A DNA stretch of 64,000 nt from Octopus bimaculoides (lineage: Eukaryota), in the NCBI RefSeq assembly GCF_001194135.2, contig NC_068988.1, forward strand, positions 93,859,977-93,923,976, read 5' to 3'. Both the position numbers and the translations under genes were made by a program. Within the stretch, counting starts at the first letter, position 1. Every line of letters starts with the position of its first letter. This document shows positions 39,920 through 52,599 of this stretch, piece after piece. The notes under the pieces are model-generated. The model worked only from the letters and a program-made list of their open reading frames with translations, made no database searches and had not been told where the DNA came from.

Positions 39920-40398
39920 GCAGGTGCCACTTAAAAAGCATCCAGTCCACACTGTAAAGTGGTTGGTATTTGCAACGGCATCCAGCTATAAAAGCCTTGC
40001 CAAAACTGACCCCTGTGCTTGAGCAATGTAAAAAGCACTCAGTCCACTCTGCTTGATCATTGCCAGTGCCACCTGACTGGCTCCCTTGCCAGTGGCATGT
40101 AAAAAGCACTATTCGAGCGTGGTCGATGCCAGTGCTGGCTGACTGGCTCCTGTGATGGTGGCACATAAAAAGCATCATTCAAGCATCAGTACCACCTGAC
40201 TGGCCTTCATGCCAGTGGCACATAAAAAGCACTCACTATACTCTTGGAGTGGTTGGCGTTAGGAAGAGCATCCAGCTGTAGAAACACTGCCAGATCAGAT
40301 TGGAGCTTGGTGCAGCCTTCTAGCTTGCCAGCCCTTAGTCAAACCATCCAACCCATACCAACATGGAAAGCAGACGTTAAACGATGATGATGATGATG
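39920..40398 (+). mobile_element. SINE family D copy
   Basis: Same tandem units and (GAT)n tail; other copies at ~16270-16540(+), 24000-24260(+), 9294-9597(-), 16984-17425(-), 24862-25190(-), 32650-32900(-) and 38105-38300(-). Confidence 0.85.
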
Positions 40399-40526
40399 AA
40401 TGTAAAGTGATAGGCATTACATTTGGCAGAGTAATCTTAATGCTAAAGAATAATTGAAGAATCTCAGAGAAATTACTTTCACTTTCACTTTCACATTTAA
40501 TTGAATAAAATGGTTTTGATACTTAC

Positions 40527-40588
40527 GTAGCTCGGCGTTTGTAATCTTTCTTCTTTTCCAAAAACCCAAGTTTTTCTCGAGCACTTGG
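40527..40588 (-). CDS. UTP11: UTP11 coding exon 2 (PSAREKLGFLEKKKDYKRRA+AC)
   Basis: ttttcag|CCAAGT...GCTAC|gtaagt; 62 nt; contains the hallmark 'LG.LEKKKDY' motif. Confidence 0.96.
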
Positions 40589-41194
40589 CTGAAAAAAGGG
40601 AATAAAAACATAAATGTAATATCATTAAGCTACTGATGTGAAGGGTGACATTAAATATTTGCTAGTCTTTTTATGAATAAATAAAAATAAAATTCCAGGC
40701 AAGATTTGATCCCAAGTTGTTGCCAATCGACTTAGCTTTTTCACTGAATTAGTCTAAGAAAGGAGAATCCAATGTGATGGTGCAACACCATCTTAAAGGA
40801 CAATAAGTTGTTTTGTAATTCAAACAGCTAATTCTCAACAAGGCCTTAGCTTGTGGATCCTTTTGGATGCTGAGCACATATGATTGGAGGTGAATGTCAT
40901 TTGATAACAGCTGGCTGGACCATCATAGTAAGTGATATACATCAGCTCACAGGTGGAACACTGGATCCAACTGGTAATTAATTTATAGATTCCAGAAATA
41001 AGAAAAGCACGACTGATCTCAACAAAAAGAAACACAACTAAGCAACAAAAGGTATTTTGCCCAGTGTTGAAATGATTGTCAATCCATCACTTTATATAAC
41101 CTTAGTGCTGCATTCTGATCACATGAATGACACTTTTTAATCAGTAGTTCAGTTGCCCTGGTTGTATGTAGGCACCACCTACAACTCACTATAG

Positions 41195-41452
41195 CAGTGG
41201 TTCTCAATCGGTCCATTTAAGATTTTGATGTTAAGATTTATGAACTTTGTTGAGTGTAAGCAAAGTATAACCAAAATTTATTGGTCATACGTCTACAATA
41301 CGCAAAATATTTAAACATTTTTAAATACAATTTCTAATTAAATTTAATTATAAAAAAACAGGAATTTTTAAACATTGAATGGTTGTGAAAGTCCACCCTA
41401 GTAAAATAGGAATCAAACGGGTCCATAGGCAAAAAGTGGGTGAGAACCCCTG
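41195..41452. mobile_element. hAT (Charlie-like) MITE
   Basis: CAGTGGTTCTCAA ... TGAGAACCCCTG termini; 8-bp TSD degraded. Confidence 0.7.
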
Positions 41453-42784
41453 TCCCCTAGTCTGAAGTATGAGTATAGCAAAACTGATGAATGCTTGTTA
41501 AGATGTGAAGATGTGAATAACTGAAGTGGTTGTTGTCATGTCACTTTATTGAGTCTAGAATCAAGAGATTTACTACTTAAAAACTCTTGTTTAATTAGCT
41601 CAAAGTATTTTCAAGAGAGCATGTACAAAATATTGTACATAACATACAGGGGTAGAGCTCACAGCTGCAAGCAGAGGCAACACTGGACTGAGTGGTCTAC
41701 AATGATTATTTCCATTGTTAGAGATGTCAGAAGTAAGACTAATAGAATGAAAGCCAGATGGGGCAACAGATGTGAGGTGTTGCCATTCTTTGGAATAGGA
41801 CACAGTAAAACATGCTTCCAAGTTATCTAGGTAAATTTCTGTAGAGAATAAGAAATTAAAATGTTTAGTGAGTGTAGGAGCAAGTTCTGGGGTGAAATAT
41901 TGAGTGATATTGTCAGGTCTGGTGGCCTTATTTAATGTATGCCCTCAGTTATAGATCTATAACCTGTAGGACCTTTATAAATATTCATATCAGTACATCC
42001 AACAGATGTTCAATCCAATGATTTCAGGTGTTCTAAGAGTTGTGATATTTATTGCTTTTTTTGCCTAATCAACCAGGAACCGATCTGGGACAGATTAGTC
42101 CAGAAAACGTTACTCACAGCTTTGGCTAAGTCCTCAAGTAATTAAGGGACAAGGGTATAATGGAGTAACCACCCGAGTATATAACGGGTACTTATTCTAT
42201 CGTATCTCAAGAGCGTTGTACGGCCTGAATTTATTTCTGCGCTTTACCAGATGAAAATACATGAAGTTAAGTTGAAAACTATTGGTTTCTAACATAGTTA
42301 CAACACTACACAAGTTAAGAAAGCAGGGTACAGTTGATTAAATTGACCGCTAGCAGTTTTATTTTATCGATCTGGAAAGTAGGTTGACATCGGCACGGTT
42401 TCAACTCAGAACGTAAATGGCTAAAATTAAATACAACTAAGAATTTTGATCAACATTTTACCAGTCTATATATTAACAGATACAGTTAATTTAAAAAAAA
42501 AAAAATTTCTTCGATCTTAGCAACTAATTTTAGTCGATGTTTTACGACTGAAGGACATCACAAAGGCTTAGAAAACTTCTCATGGGAGTTGATTAATTAT
42601 AATGCTACGAAGATTAGTTTTATTCATAAATAAATAATAAAATGTCGATAATACAAAAATAAACCCCAAAAGTGTTAAAACAGCTGAGATTTAAGAGAAA
42701 AAGGATAAACGTCCGGGATAAGCACGTGTTTAGAGAGAACAGAGAATATAACTTTGTTTACGATTAATTCGAAATAACACATAC

Positions 42785-42844
42785 CTGACTACGTTCTTTA
42801 TGCATTTTCTGTCCACTTTTCCGAGCATTTTTAAACGACGACAT
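42785..42844 (-). CDS. UTP11: UTP11 coding exon 1 (MSSFKNARKSGQKMHKERSQ)
   Basis: Reverse complement reads gccATGTCGTCGTTTAAAAATGCT...CGTAGTCAG|gtat; 60 nt; matches the UTP11 N-terminal 'F.K..KS.Q+.H.ERSQ' motif; phase-0 GT donor. Confidence 0.93.
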
Positions 42845-42846
42845 GG

Positions 42847-42971
42847 CTGTAAATAATTAATAATGTTTTGTGCGATTATTAATTAGATGAAAATTATTTA
42901 ATTAGAAACATCGACGACGCACAACGAGAATGTTTACAAGACGGGAAGTAAAGAGCGTATATAAGGGAAGT
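42847..42971 (-). promoter_or_regulatory. Candidate UTP11 promoter / 5' UTR with ETS-like GGAAGT motifs and a possible 76-nt 5' UTR intron
   Basis: CpG-containing unique sequence just upstream of the ATG; GGAAGT at 42944-42949 and 42966-42971; ttatttacag acceptor two bases before the ATG and a GTGCGT donor candidate at 42922. Confidence 0.4.
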
Positions 42972-43175
42972 AACTCTAACGGATTAAATTCTGAATTCCT
43001 ATCAGAGGAAAAGTCAGAGCTAAGAAAGATGACCTGGAGTGGTCATTTCGAATCTGTGAAACAATTTTTCCTATTAAATTAAAATTTGAAGACAAATTAA
43101 AATTTCTTAAAATAAAACTGAAAGTTGTTTTCATTAAGTATTAAATTTCTTGTGAATTTTTTAAATATAATTTTA

Positions 43176-43337
43176 GGCGTAGGAGTGGCTGTGTGGCAAG
43201 TAGCTTGCTTACCAACCACATGGTTCTGGGTTCAGTCCCACTGCGTGGCACCTTGGGCAAGTGTCTTCTACTATAGCCTCGGGCCGACCAAAGCCTTGTG
43301 AGTGGATTTGATAAACGGAAACTGAAAGAAGCCTGTC

Positions 43338-43407
<70 letters not shown>

Positions 43408-43606
43408 ATGTTTGTGTGTCTGTGTTTGTCCCCGCTTGACAACCGATGCTGGTGTGTTTACGTCCCCGTAACTTAGCGTTTCGGCAAAAGAGACCGATAG
43501 AATAAGTACTAGGCTTACAAAGAATAAGTCCTGGGGTCGATTTGCTCGACTAAAGGCGGTGCTCCAGCATGGCCACAGTCAAATGACTGAAACAAGTAAA
43601 AGAGAG
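43176..43606 (+). mobile_element. Full-length tRNA-derived SINE family A with internal (TA)n(TG)n
   Basis: GGCGTAGGAGTGGCTGTGTGG...GGTTCAGTCCC head; homologous copies at ~3170-3450, 30950-31090, 57490-57835 and 61500-61920. Confidence 0.88.
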
Positions 43607-44053
43607 TATCTTGAATTGTATTCAAATTTTAATTAGAGCTTTAATCATTTATATTTTAGTTCCTTTCAATTTTGGGTTTCGAACTCATCTTTATCAACTT
43701 CAAATTTAAAGAATACATCAATAAAAAACAAATAAGCGGGTAAAACTGAAGTGAAATTTGCATATTTATAGAGCCACAGTCAACTGAAATGATAAGATAC
43801 CCGACTGCTAACCAAAGGGTTGACAGTTTGTATCCTAACACCGACAGTACGTTAAAAAAAAAAAAAGCTCTTTCGGCCATAAATTGGTAGCATTAATAGA
43901 TGAAGTTTACTGCTGCAACTTGATGAATATTGTGAGCGAAGTTTTAGCAAGAAGAGTTTTCGTCAGATAGTTTTCCTCAAGTATTTTATAAACTATTCAT
44001 AAACGACTGATACATATTTCCATTCAGATTAGATATTCTTAGTGTCTCGTCTA

Positions 44054-44217
44054 CCGGGCCGGCTCAAGGTACCGGCAATCGGGCAGTCGCCCGGGGCGCC
44101 ATGTGCTAGGGGGTGCCAAGGAGGGCGTGACGACGACAAGGAAATTTCCACGACCGTCAGCTTCTACACGCCGAAGTTCAGCTTGCTCGAGGCGCCAGCA
44201 ACCCTAGGGCTGGCTCT
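44054..44217. mobile_element. GC-rich MITE (GGGCCGGCTC-type TIR)
   Basis: 5' CGGGCCGGCTCAAGG and 3' CCTAGGGCTGGCTCT inverted ends with internal GGCGCC motifs; superfamily uncertain. Confidence 0.5.
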
Positions 44218-44279
44218 ACTCCCCTACAATGTTCAGCGGCTTTAGTACTGTAGATTTGAAGGTGGGTAGAAACTCTACT

Positions 44280-46605
44280 CTTCAGATGTGGTGTCAACTA
44301 TGTCATACAGGCGTACCAATCTTTTGACGAGGTCGCTGGAAGTTTAGATGTAGTTATGACCGCGTCATTTGTCCTACAAGGAGATTTTACTGAACATGTT
44401 GGTTTCGATCACCGGACGTGGAAAAGATTGATTGGGAAGAATTGTGATCCTGAACTCAATACCAACGGAAAGACTTTATTAGATCTCTGTACAGAAAATG
44501 GGCACTCCATTATGAGCACATTTTTTTCCAACACAGAGTATACCTAAGTATACCTGTGACCTCTTTGATTCTGCACGTTCGCGCAAAGAGAGGGGCGGAG
44601 CTATCAACTGATCACCACCTAATTGTATGCAACCCGAGACTATCTACGATAAGGAGAACTCAGAAAACTGTTCAGTTCAGTGGGAATTACAGGATAAACT
44701 TGGAAATCTTGGCGAATGATGGAATCGGAAACAAATATGCAGTCATTTTTGCATCCAAAGTCAGAAATCTTCCTGAACAAGCTGAGGATTTCGAAATGGA
44801 GCGGAGATTAATTTTTTCGACAGTTTCTTCTTCGGTTGCATAATACTGTGAATGAAAGTAAGTCAGTGTGGCGCCAGGTGGCAAATGAACGACGCCCTGC
44901 TTTACCCAGGAGGTTTAAAATGCCACTCGAGAAAAGAAGGTGGCTTACAAAACTTGACTTGGAAACAAATTTCTCCTTTTGCGCAGGAAGTATATCAAGG
45001 CGCGAAAAACTGCCGCAAAGACAAAAAACATTCAAGGATAAGTCATGGGAGGACTTTGGTGTTAAGCTTGACTCTGACTTTAGAATGGTCAGTAGAGTAT
45101 TCTAGCGGACCATCCCTCGACATCGTAACAAGAAGCCCTCTTCCACAGTAGCCGTTAAGAACTCGGTTTGTGATATTCTCTTCACAGGGAAGAGCATTCT
45201 TGGGAGGTGGTGAGAATACGTTGCTGATCTCCCTAATCCAGTCCCAATAAAATCTTTTAATGAACACAAGGGATGAAAACAAATTTCAGAGGTTGAAGGT
45301 TTAGAGGAATTAAAGCGCTTGAATGAGGCAAGAGTGCAAGAGAGGCTGAAAACCGGCCTGAGGTGTTAAAAGCCTTAAATAGAGAAAGGATTCTCTGGTT
45401 GACTCACCAGACTTGGACTTCGGAAAGACACCAAAGCAATGGCAATCCAGGCTGATAATTACAGTTTTTAAAAAAGGTGTTAAGAAATAGTGCTACAATT
45501 ATGGAAGAAGCTCCTTGTTAAGCCTCCCCAAGAAAGTGACTCGAAGGCAGATCTTTGGGAAATGTAGATAATATTTCCAAGAGATGTACGCTTGTTTTGC
45601 AGACCTCGAAAAGGCATATGAAGGCATACCGCGAGACATACCATGGAGGGTTTTGCAAGAGTTTGGAACTAATGGCCGTTTCTGGTTGTCATGAAGTCCC
45701 TATACGAATGCCCAGCTGTTTGTGTTCAGATGGTGCTTAGTCGAACCTTTCAACCTGGGCTTTGGGCTTCGGCAGAGATGCATATTGTCTCGCCGCTTTT
45801 TCACAATTTTTATGAACTAGATCGACATGCACAAGCGGTATGGACGTGGTGTCAGATTTTGTGGGTATTGAACCTGTGAGCTGATATTTGCAGATGGTAT
45901 GGCGCTACTTGGCTCATCAGGAAGTGATCTCCAGAATGGGTTCGCAGCGGAACGCTGCGAGGCAGGGATGACAAGTAGTGTTGGTCCATTTGAGAAAGTC
46001 TTCCCAGAGCACTTTGGGTGTTAGCGGACCATCACTGATACAAGTGGACAAGTTTAAATATCTCGGGTCTGTTTTCACGAGTTAGGTGCAGGCACAATGA
46101 AGCTCCAGCTCCAGCCTTCGATCCCATGAAAAAGAGTGGTTGGCAGAAAAAAAAGAGCTCGCTATCTTCGAATCGGTTTTCGTGCCTCTCCTCACCTATG
46201 GCCATAGAGGATGGGTAATGACTGAAAGGGTACGATGGTGAACACAAGCAGCTGAAGTGGAGTCCTTCAGAAGGGTCTCTAGAGTGACGTTGACCAGCAT
46301 GGCGTGCATCTTGGTCGAGCTGCTACTTCTCTGCACAACTCTGGTGCCATGGATACGTAATTACAATGTCATTGAAAAGAGTTCTAAAACGGATTCTTCA
46401 AGACAAGCCAACTGACAGGAAACCTTGAGGTAGACCAAGAATAAAATGGTTGCATAATATCCATAGTCTCCAATGGCTATGTTTGGGAATCCGGTAGGAA
46501 AGCGTAATGACGATTGCTTCTGATAGGATCTCATGGAGGAGGTGCCTGAGGACTCTACAACCACGACCATCTCTGGAATGAATGGATGGATGGGTGGGTA
46601 GATGA
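44280..46605 (+). mobile_element. Decayed RTE-clade LINE (Rex3/Expander-like), endonuclease + RT
   Basis: APE motifs 'GDFTEHVG', 'LNTNGKTLLDLC', 'KRGAELSTDHHL'; RT remnants 'LIFADGMALL' (45881) and 'VDKFKYLGSVF'; (GGAT)-type tail near 46580-46605; many stops and frameshifts. Confidence 0.85.
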
Positions 46606-47567
46606 AGCCGTAGCCAAGATGGCTCTTTGGAGTTCTGTAAACGCATCTATCAGCACGTGGGTTGTTGTCTTCATCGTTCTTATTCCTTAAACCCTAATCA
46701 AAAACCCATTCAACCAGTCCTGTGATCATAAACATTCAAATCGCGATCTTTCTGTCTTATCTACTGATATAATTTATGCTGGGTTACACCAACAATTGTG
46801 TCCCTCATGTTAAATACAGTTGAGCGTGGTTTGAGATAATTGGCTGCTATTGAAACAAGGTCAAGCGCCCACATATAAGCTCTTTCTTAGCTTCATGTTT
46901 TATCACAATATGGTATATTTCTCTATTCTACGTAATAGCGTTGTAAGATTGACGAGGAATCTGTTATTATCCTTCAATAAATGTTAGCCGCGACAGAATT
47001 GAATTCTATTCAGATGATCTGTCAATCATGGAAATATTTCAAAAGCGCTGGAATGGTTTCATGATTAAGAAGTTCACTTGCAATAACGTAACGGCTAGTT
47101 TAATCCCACTGTTAGCCTAATTTTGAATCAACCCAAGAACTGCAAGTGAAATGGAGTGAATGGGAACAATGGGAAAGTCCGTTGGATTGTATCCGATCTA
47201 GGGAAACGGATCCAACCTGTTGTTCAGTATAACAATATCGCCTGACACATTGAGACCCTTTTGTTAAGTCCACACTGTTGTGTGTATGTGTGTATTATAT
47301 TTAGCTTATAGAAAAGTAACTCCAGTAACTAAATATAGCGTCTGGCTTCTCACTAATATCAGACGACATCAAATACAAGAAAATATCAGACTTAAAGAAG
47401 GTGGTTGATTGGTTGATCGATAAATCTCTTGTAATGATTGTCCCAGTTCTTTGAATTCTGAGTTCAAATTTCATTGAGGTCATCTTTGCCTTTCATCCTT
47501 TCGGGGTCGATAAATAATGTGCCAGTCAAGTACTGGGTTCGATTCTATTCTATTCTATTCACATTTT

Positions 47568-47801
47568 AGGTGAGCTGGCGGAAACGTTACCACGACGGGC
47601 GAAAAGCTTAGCGGTATATCGCCTGTCTTTACGTTCTGAGTTCAAATTCCGCCAAGGTCAACTTTGCCTTTCATCCTTTCGGGGTCGATAAATTAAGTAC
47701 CAGTTATGTACTGGGGTTGATGTAATCGACTTAATCCGTTTGTCTGTCCTTGTTTGTCCCCTCTGTATGTAGCCCCTTGTGGGTAGTAATGAAATAAGAA
47801 T
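47568..47801 (+). mobile_element. tRNA-derived SINE family B, full length
   Basis: Same head and body as 57101 plus tail ending GAAATAAGAAT. Confidence 0.85.
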
Positions 47802-48082
47802 AGACTACACTGTGAGTGGACCATGGGAAATCCCTCACAATGACCGTCTCCTCAATAAGTGAAAAATAGTTGACCGAGGTCCTAGTGTGCTACAAAGTTC
47901 ACAAAAAGGAGCTCATTGATGGCCAAGGACCGATGTGCAGGACGGCACATAACGTTTTTCTTTTTTTCCTTTAACTTGTTTCAGTCATTAGACTGCGGCC
48001 ATGCTGGAGCACCGCCTTGAGGAATTTTATACCTTAGGAATAAGAACCCAGGTTTGTGATTATGCCCCTTTCTAGTGCGCTT

Positions 48083-48119
<37 letters not shown>

Positions 48120-49407
48120 TGGTTATAGAACATGAATAACGAGGATAATCAAACCTCAGAGTCAGCTCAAGATATGGCTAAATACACAGAGAAAATGAAA
48201 ACTCGGAGTCTCCAAGGATCATGGCGCAGAAGTAAAGTTTCCCAGGTAGACTCTAAAAATCAAAAGTGCTACTATTTTAGCGCATAGATGTAATGCTGAA
48301 GGCAACAGCTGTCCAAAATTATTGCGTTCGCCATACGATGGTAATTGAAACCTGGAGTAGATGTTTTGGCCATAAATGAAACAATTTATCACAATTTTAA
48401 AGAAGACGTTAACGTTATGTCAATGAAGATAGCCATAAAGAAACATAAGACTACAAGGTAAAACATATTAGTCGATATTGGAACAAATAAGAGGATATAT
48501 AAAAAAAAAAGGTAAGGACTTAAAGATCGAACAGAGTGACATTAAGAATTTATAACTACCCAGACATAAAAAGACTGATTGCTCCATAAAATACCTTCTT
48601 TCTCAAAAGAAGCGAAATGATTGGAGTAGAATTACTTAAAATCCTATATATTAAAAAAAAATGATCAATCAGGGATTAATGCCGCGGAATTAAATGTGAT
48701 ATAATTGAAGATTAAACTGTAACAGATGCAAAGCTACCTGAAATAAAGAGGTTTTAAACAAAAGTACTTCGTCCAATCAAGGATGTGGTTGATCTTTATG
48801 ATATCAGATAGTAAATGACCTCACTTCAAAACGGTTTTTGTTTTTATTTTATTATCCTCTGCATTGCACATCTACGATAGAGACAGCAAATTTGATAATT
48901 AGGTAAAATAAAGCAAGACGAACTATTTCTTTTAAGTTAGCTAGCAATCTGTACTGGAGAGGCAACTTCGAAGAGACACAACACATATCGTGTATAAACG
49001 TTAGGGAAGACAAATCACAAATAATAAAAAGATACCGATTTGGACAACGAATGAAATTTACCTCATTTAATCAGTGGGACTCAAATGAAATTCAAATATG
49101 AACGTCTTAGTACCTCACCAGCTGTAAGACATTTGATGGAGTTCTAATTGTTCATAAGATTTGGTTTATGGAGGAAATGATGTATACACAATCGTCTATG
49201 TGTGTGTGTGTGTGAAAAAAAAGAGAGACCGAGAGAGAGAGAGCGAGAGAGAGAGGGNNNNNNNNNNNNNNNNNNNNNNNNNNNNNNNNNNNNNNNNNNN
49301 NNNNNNNNNNNNNNNNNNNNNNNNNNNNNNNNNNNNNNNNNNNNNNNNNNNNNNNNNNNNNNNNNNNNNNNNNNNNNNNNNNNNNNNNNNNNNNNNNNNN
49401 NNNNNNN

Positions 49408-49464
<57 letters not shown>

Positions 49465-51344
49465 TTTAGAGCCTTTGCAATTGTCAATATGTTTCTTAAT
49501 TCAAATATTTCTTCTGTGAACAGGAGTGATTTGTGTAACAAATTAATACCAGTTTCACCCGAGTAGGTACAAGTTCAGAGACTTGGGCAACGAAATCCAT
49601 GTTAACCAAGTACGAATGTTATCAATTGGCTTATGAACTCTGCTAGGCTGGTTTGTGCTTCAAACGCCGCTACACGAAGACAAAGTGAATGACCCAGTAA
49701 CAGAAGGCGTTCTCAATGTTTTCTCGAATGAATTCTACTTCGTATGTAACTGGGGCCCATTTTAACGACCGCAGAAAATAAGAGACAAAAGAAAATGGGA
49801 TTGAGAAACGTCTACTACTTTACCTTTTCCGTTCATGTCATTGCTAGTCTTTTATTAATTGAATCTGCTCAATATATGACTGGTACCTACTTTATCGCTT
49901 CAGAAGGGATGAGGAGCGAAACACGATGAGAGACGATAGAATTATGCCACACTAAAACTGAATTTTTTTCCATCTTGCTCTTCGATTAACTCCAGGTTTC
50001 TTTTTGCCGGGGAAAAAAGGAAAACGAAAAAAAAGTCTCCTTTGTCGAGATTCTCTCACTTAAATTAAAAGAAATGGTTGCAACCAGGACAAATACCGCA
50101 CCGTGTTCTCGGCTTGGTAGGGCTGTCTTTTGTTCAACGACGGTACCACATTCTTCAACCAAATATTGATATTTTATAATGGTGCAGGGTATATATTTAT
50201 TGAGTGGATGGGAATATAGTCAACTGAATCGGTTTAATAACATATTTGGTACATTTTGTAACTTAGAGGAGTGGATGTCATCGGCCTAGAAGGGATTTGA
50301 ACTCCGGACTTCAAGTGACATCCCTAAATACTGTAAGGAGATCAGGTCAGCGTTTTTCTTGAAAGAGTCTCAGTTCAGTGAGTGTCCTTTTTAATTTTCC
50401 CTTCGTTTATAACATTGTATTTTTTTAAAAAAAGTCCGACTCGAACTAAGAGAAAAACGAAGAAAATATGACAGAAACAATAATACAAAATCAAGGGGTG
50501 AAAAAAACAATTAATTAGGTGTTAGAAAATTAAACAAACAAGCAAATATTTATGTGTTTATACAGTGTTGTGTTTATATTTTGTGAAGGTGGTGTTTGTT
50601 GACGGGTTTACAAGAGCGATTCGTTAATTGCTAGCCACTAAACCGATGTTCATCAGAGAGTGTGACTATACACCTGATGTTATGTACAACGGCAATAATT
50701 CTAAATCTGCTTTATTTCTCTTGTTATTATTTTTTACTCTTTGTCACTCAAACCCTCTAAACATGTTTACAAATGTTTTAACAAACAGCTCAAATTTGAT
50801 AAATCAATATTTAGAACGGCCGCGGTTTTATTGATTACCGCATTTATTGCTCAACAATGGTTTCACAGGGACTCTACAGAGGTGCAATATGATCTTGCTA
50901 GAAATCCCATCTTAATTGAAAAGAAAGGGTCTATTTAATTCCCTCTGCTTCTGAACGTTAGTCCTGTCTCTATTAGACATATTTCTCTGACAATCAACCG
51001 ACATATCATATTACACACAAAAAATAATTATCTGCTTGAGAAAAAAAAGTGAGGTTATTATTACAATTATTGTTGTTGTTGTTGTTATTTCTAATATGTT
51101 TAGTTTGGATTATCTTGCCAACTTAGTGTATTTGAAGTGTGCTCATCCATTAACGCTATAAGTCCCCGGGGAGAGGGCTTCGTGTGAAGCAGTTGAATCA
51201 GAGGGGTAAATGGTGACTTGCGAGTTGGTCGAATTAGGATGGGACGGCGGGGAAATATATATATATATGGCAGCGATGATACTTGGTAGGGGTTGTGGCG
51301 GCGTGAGTAGAGGGTGTGTGTGCACGCGCGTGTGTCGGTGTTGG

Positions 51345-51610
51345 TGACGGTGGTGGTGGTGGTGATCTCAACGAAGACAAATAATTGAAATGGTGTGGTA
51401 TGGCAGTAACGATTGCGTTAGCAGTGGTGGTGGTGGTAGTAGTGATAATGGCGATGGTGGTGGTGATGATGATGGTGGTAGTATTGGATGTAATGGTGGT
51501 GGTGGTGGTAGTAGTAGTGTTGTTGGTGATGATAGTAATGATGATGGTAGTGGTGCTGGTGATGTTAGTAGTGGTGGTGGAGGCCATGGTGATGGTGGTA
51601 GTGGTGATGG
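51345..51610. repeat. (GGT)/(GAT)/(AGT) trinucleotide low-complexity tract
   Basis: Direct inspection; explains the poly-G/V/T pseudo-ORFs. Confidence 0.9.
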
Positions 51611-52421
51611 NNNNNNNNNNNNNNNNNNNNNNNNNNNNNNNNNNNNNNNNNNNNNNNNNNNNNNNNNNNNNNNNNNNNNNNNNNNNNNNNNNNNNNNNNN
51701 NNNNNNNNNNNNNNNNNNNNNNNNNNNNNNNNNNNNNNNNNNNNNNNNNNNNNNNNNNNNNNNNNNNNNNNNNNNNNNNNNNNNNNNNNNNNNNNNNNNN
51801 NNNNNNNNNNNNNNNNNNNNNNNNNNNNNNNNNNNNNNNNNNNNNNNNNNNNNNNNNNNNNNNNNNNNNNNNNNNNNNNNNNNNNNNNNNNNNNNNNNNN
51901 NNNNNNNNNNNNNNNNNNNNNNNNNNNNNNNNNNNNNNNNNNNNNNNNNNNNNNNNNNNNNNNNNNNNNNNNNNNNNNNNNNNNNNNNNNNNNNNNNNNN
52001 NNNNNNNNNNNNNNNNNNNNNNNNNNNNNNNNNNNNNNNNNNNNNNNNNNNNNNNNNNNNNNNNNNNNNNNNNNNNNNNNNNNNNNNNNNNNNNNNNNNN
52101 NNNNNNNNNNNNNNNNNNNNNNNNNNNNNNNNNNNNNNNNNNNNNNNNNNNNNNNNNNNNNNNNNNNNNNNNNNNNNNNNNNNNNNNNNNNNNNNNNNNN
52201 NNNNNNNNNNNNNNNNNNNNNNNNNNNNNNNNNNNNNNNNNNNNNNNNNNNNNNNNNNNNNNNNNNNNNNNNNNNNNNNNNNNNNNNNNNNNNNNNNNNN
52301 NNNNNNNNNNNNNNNNNNNNNNNNNNNNNNNNNNNNNNNNNNNNNNNNNNNNNNNNNNNNNNNNNNNNNNNNNNNNNNNNNNNNNNNNNNNNNNNNNNNN
52401 NNNNNNNNNNNNNNNNNNNNT

Positions 52422-52453
<32 letters not shown>

Positions 52454-52599
52454 GTATGTATGTATGTGTGAGTGTGCATGGATCCGTATGTGTGTATGTC
52501 ATTATTCGGTTTTATTTCAAGATTTCTTGCCAATAGGGAAAGAGCCGGTTTCTATCCTAGATCCAAGGCTCCTTCAATGGAATTCCAACAACATCAAAT

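Noticed and set aside
43000-43075. Spliceosomal snRNA (Sm-site-like AATTTTTC)
   Set aside because: No match to the U1/U2/U4/U5/U11/U12/U4atac sequences I know, and the Sm consensus is imperfect.
43176-43250. tRNA gene (also at 3700-3780, 26666-26739 and 57101-57190)
   Set aside because: A/B boxes are present, but there is no complete cloverleaf and each continues into a multi-copy SINE body.
49523-49765. 81-codon plus-strand frame with two internal stops (…RYKFRDLGNEIHVNQ…GWFVLQTPLHEDKV…)
   Set aside because: No recognisable homology and weak splice signals.
52530-52585. Hammerhead-like TGAAGGA...GAAACCGG on the minus strand
   Set aside because: The core deviates from CUGANGA and there is no valid stem III/NUH pairing; at most a decayed motif.
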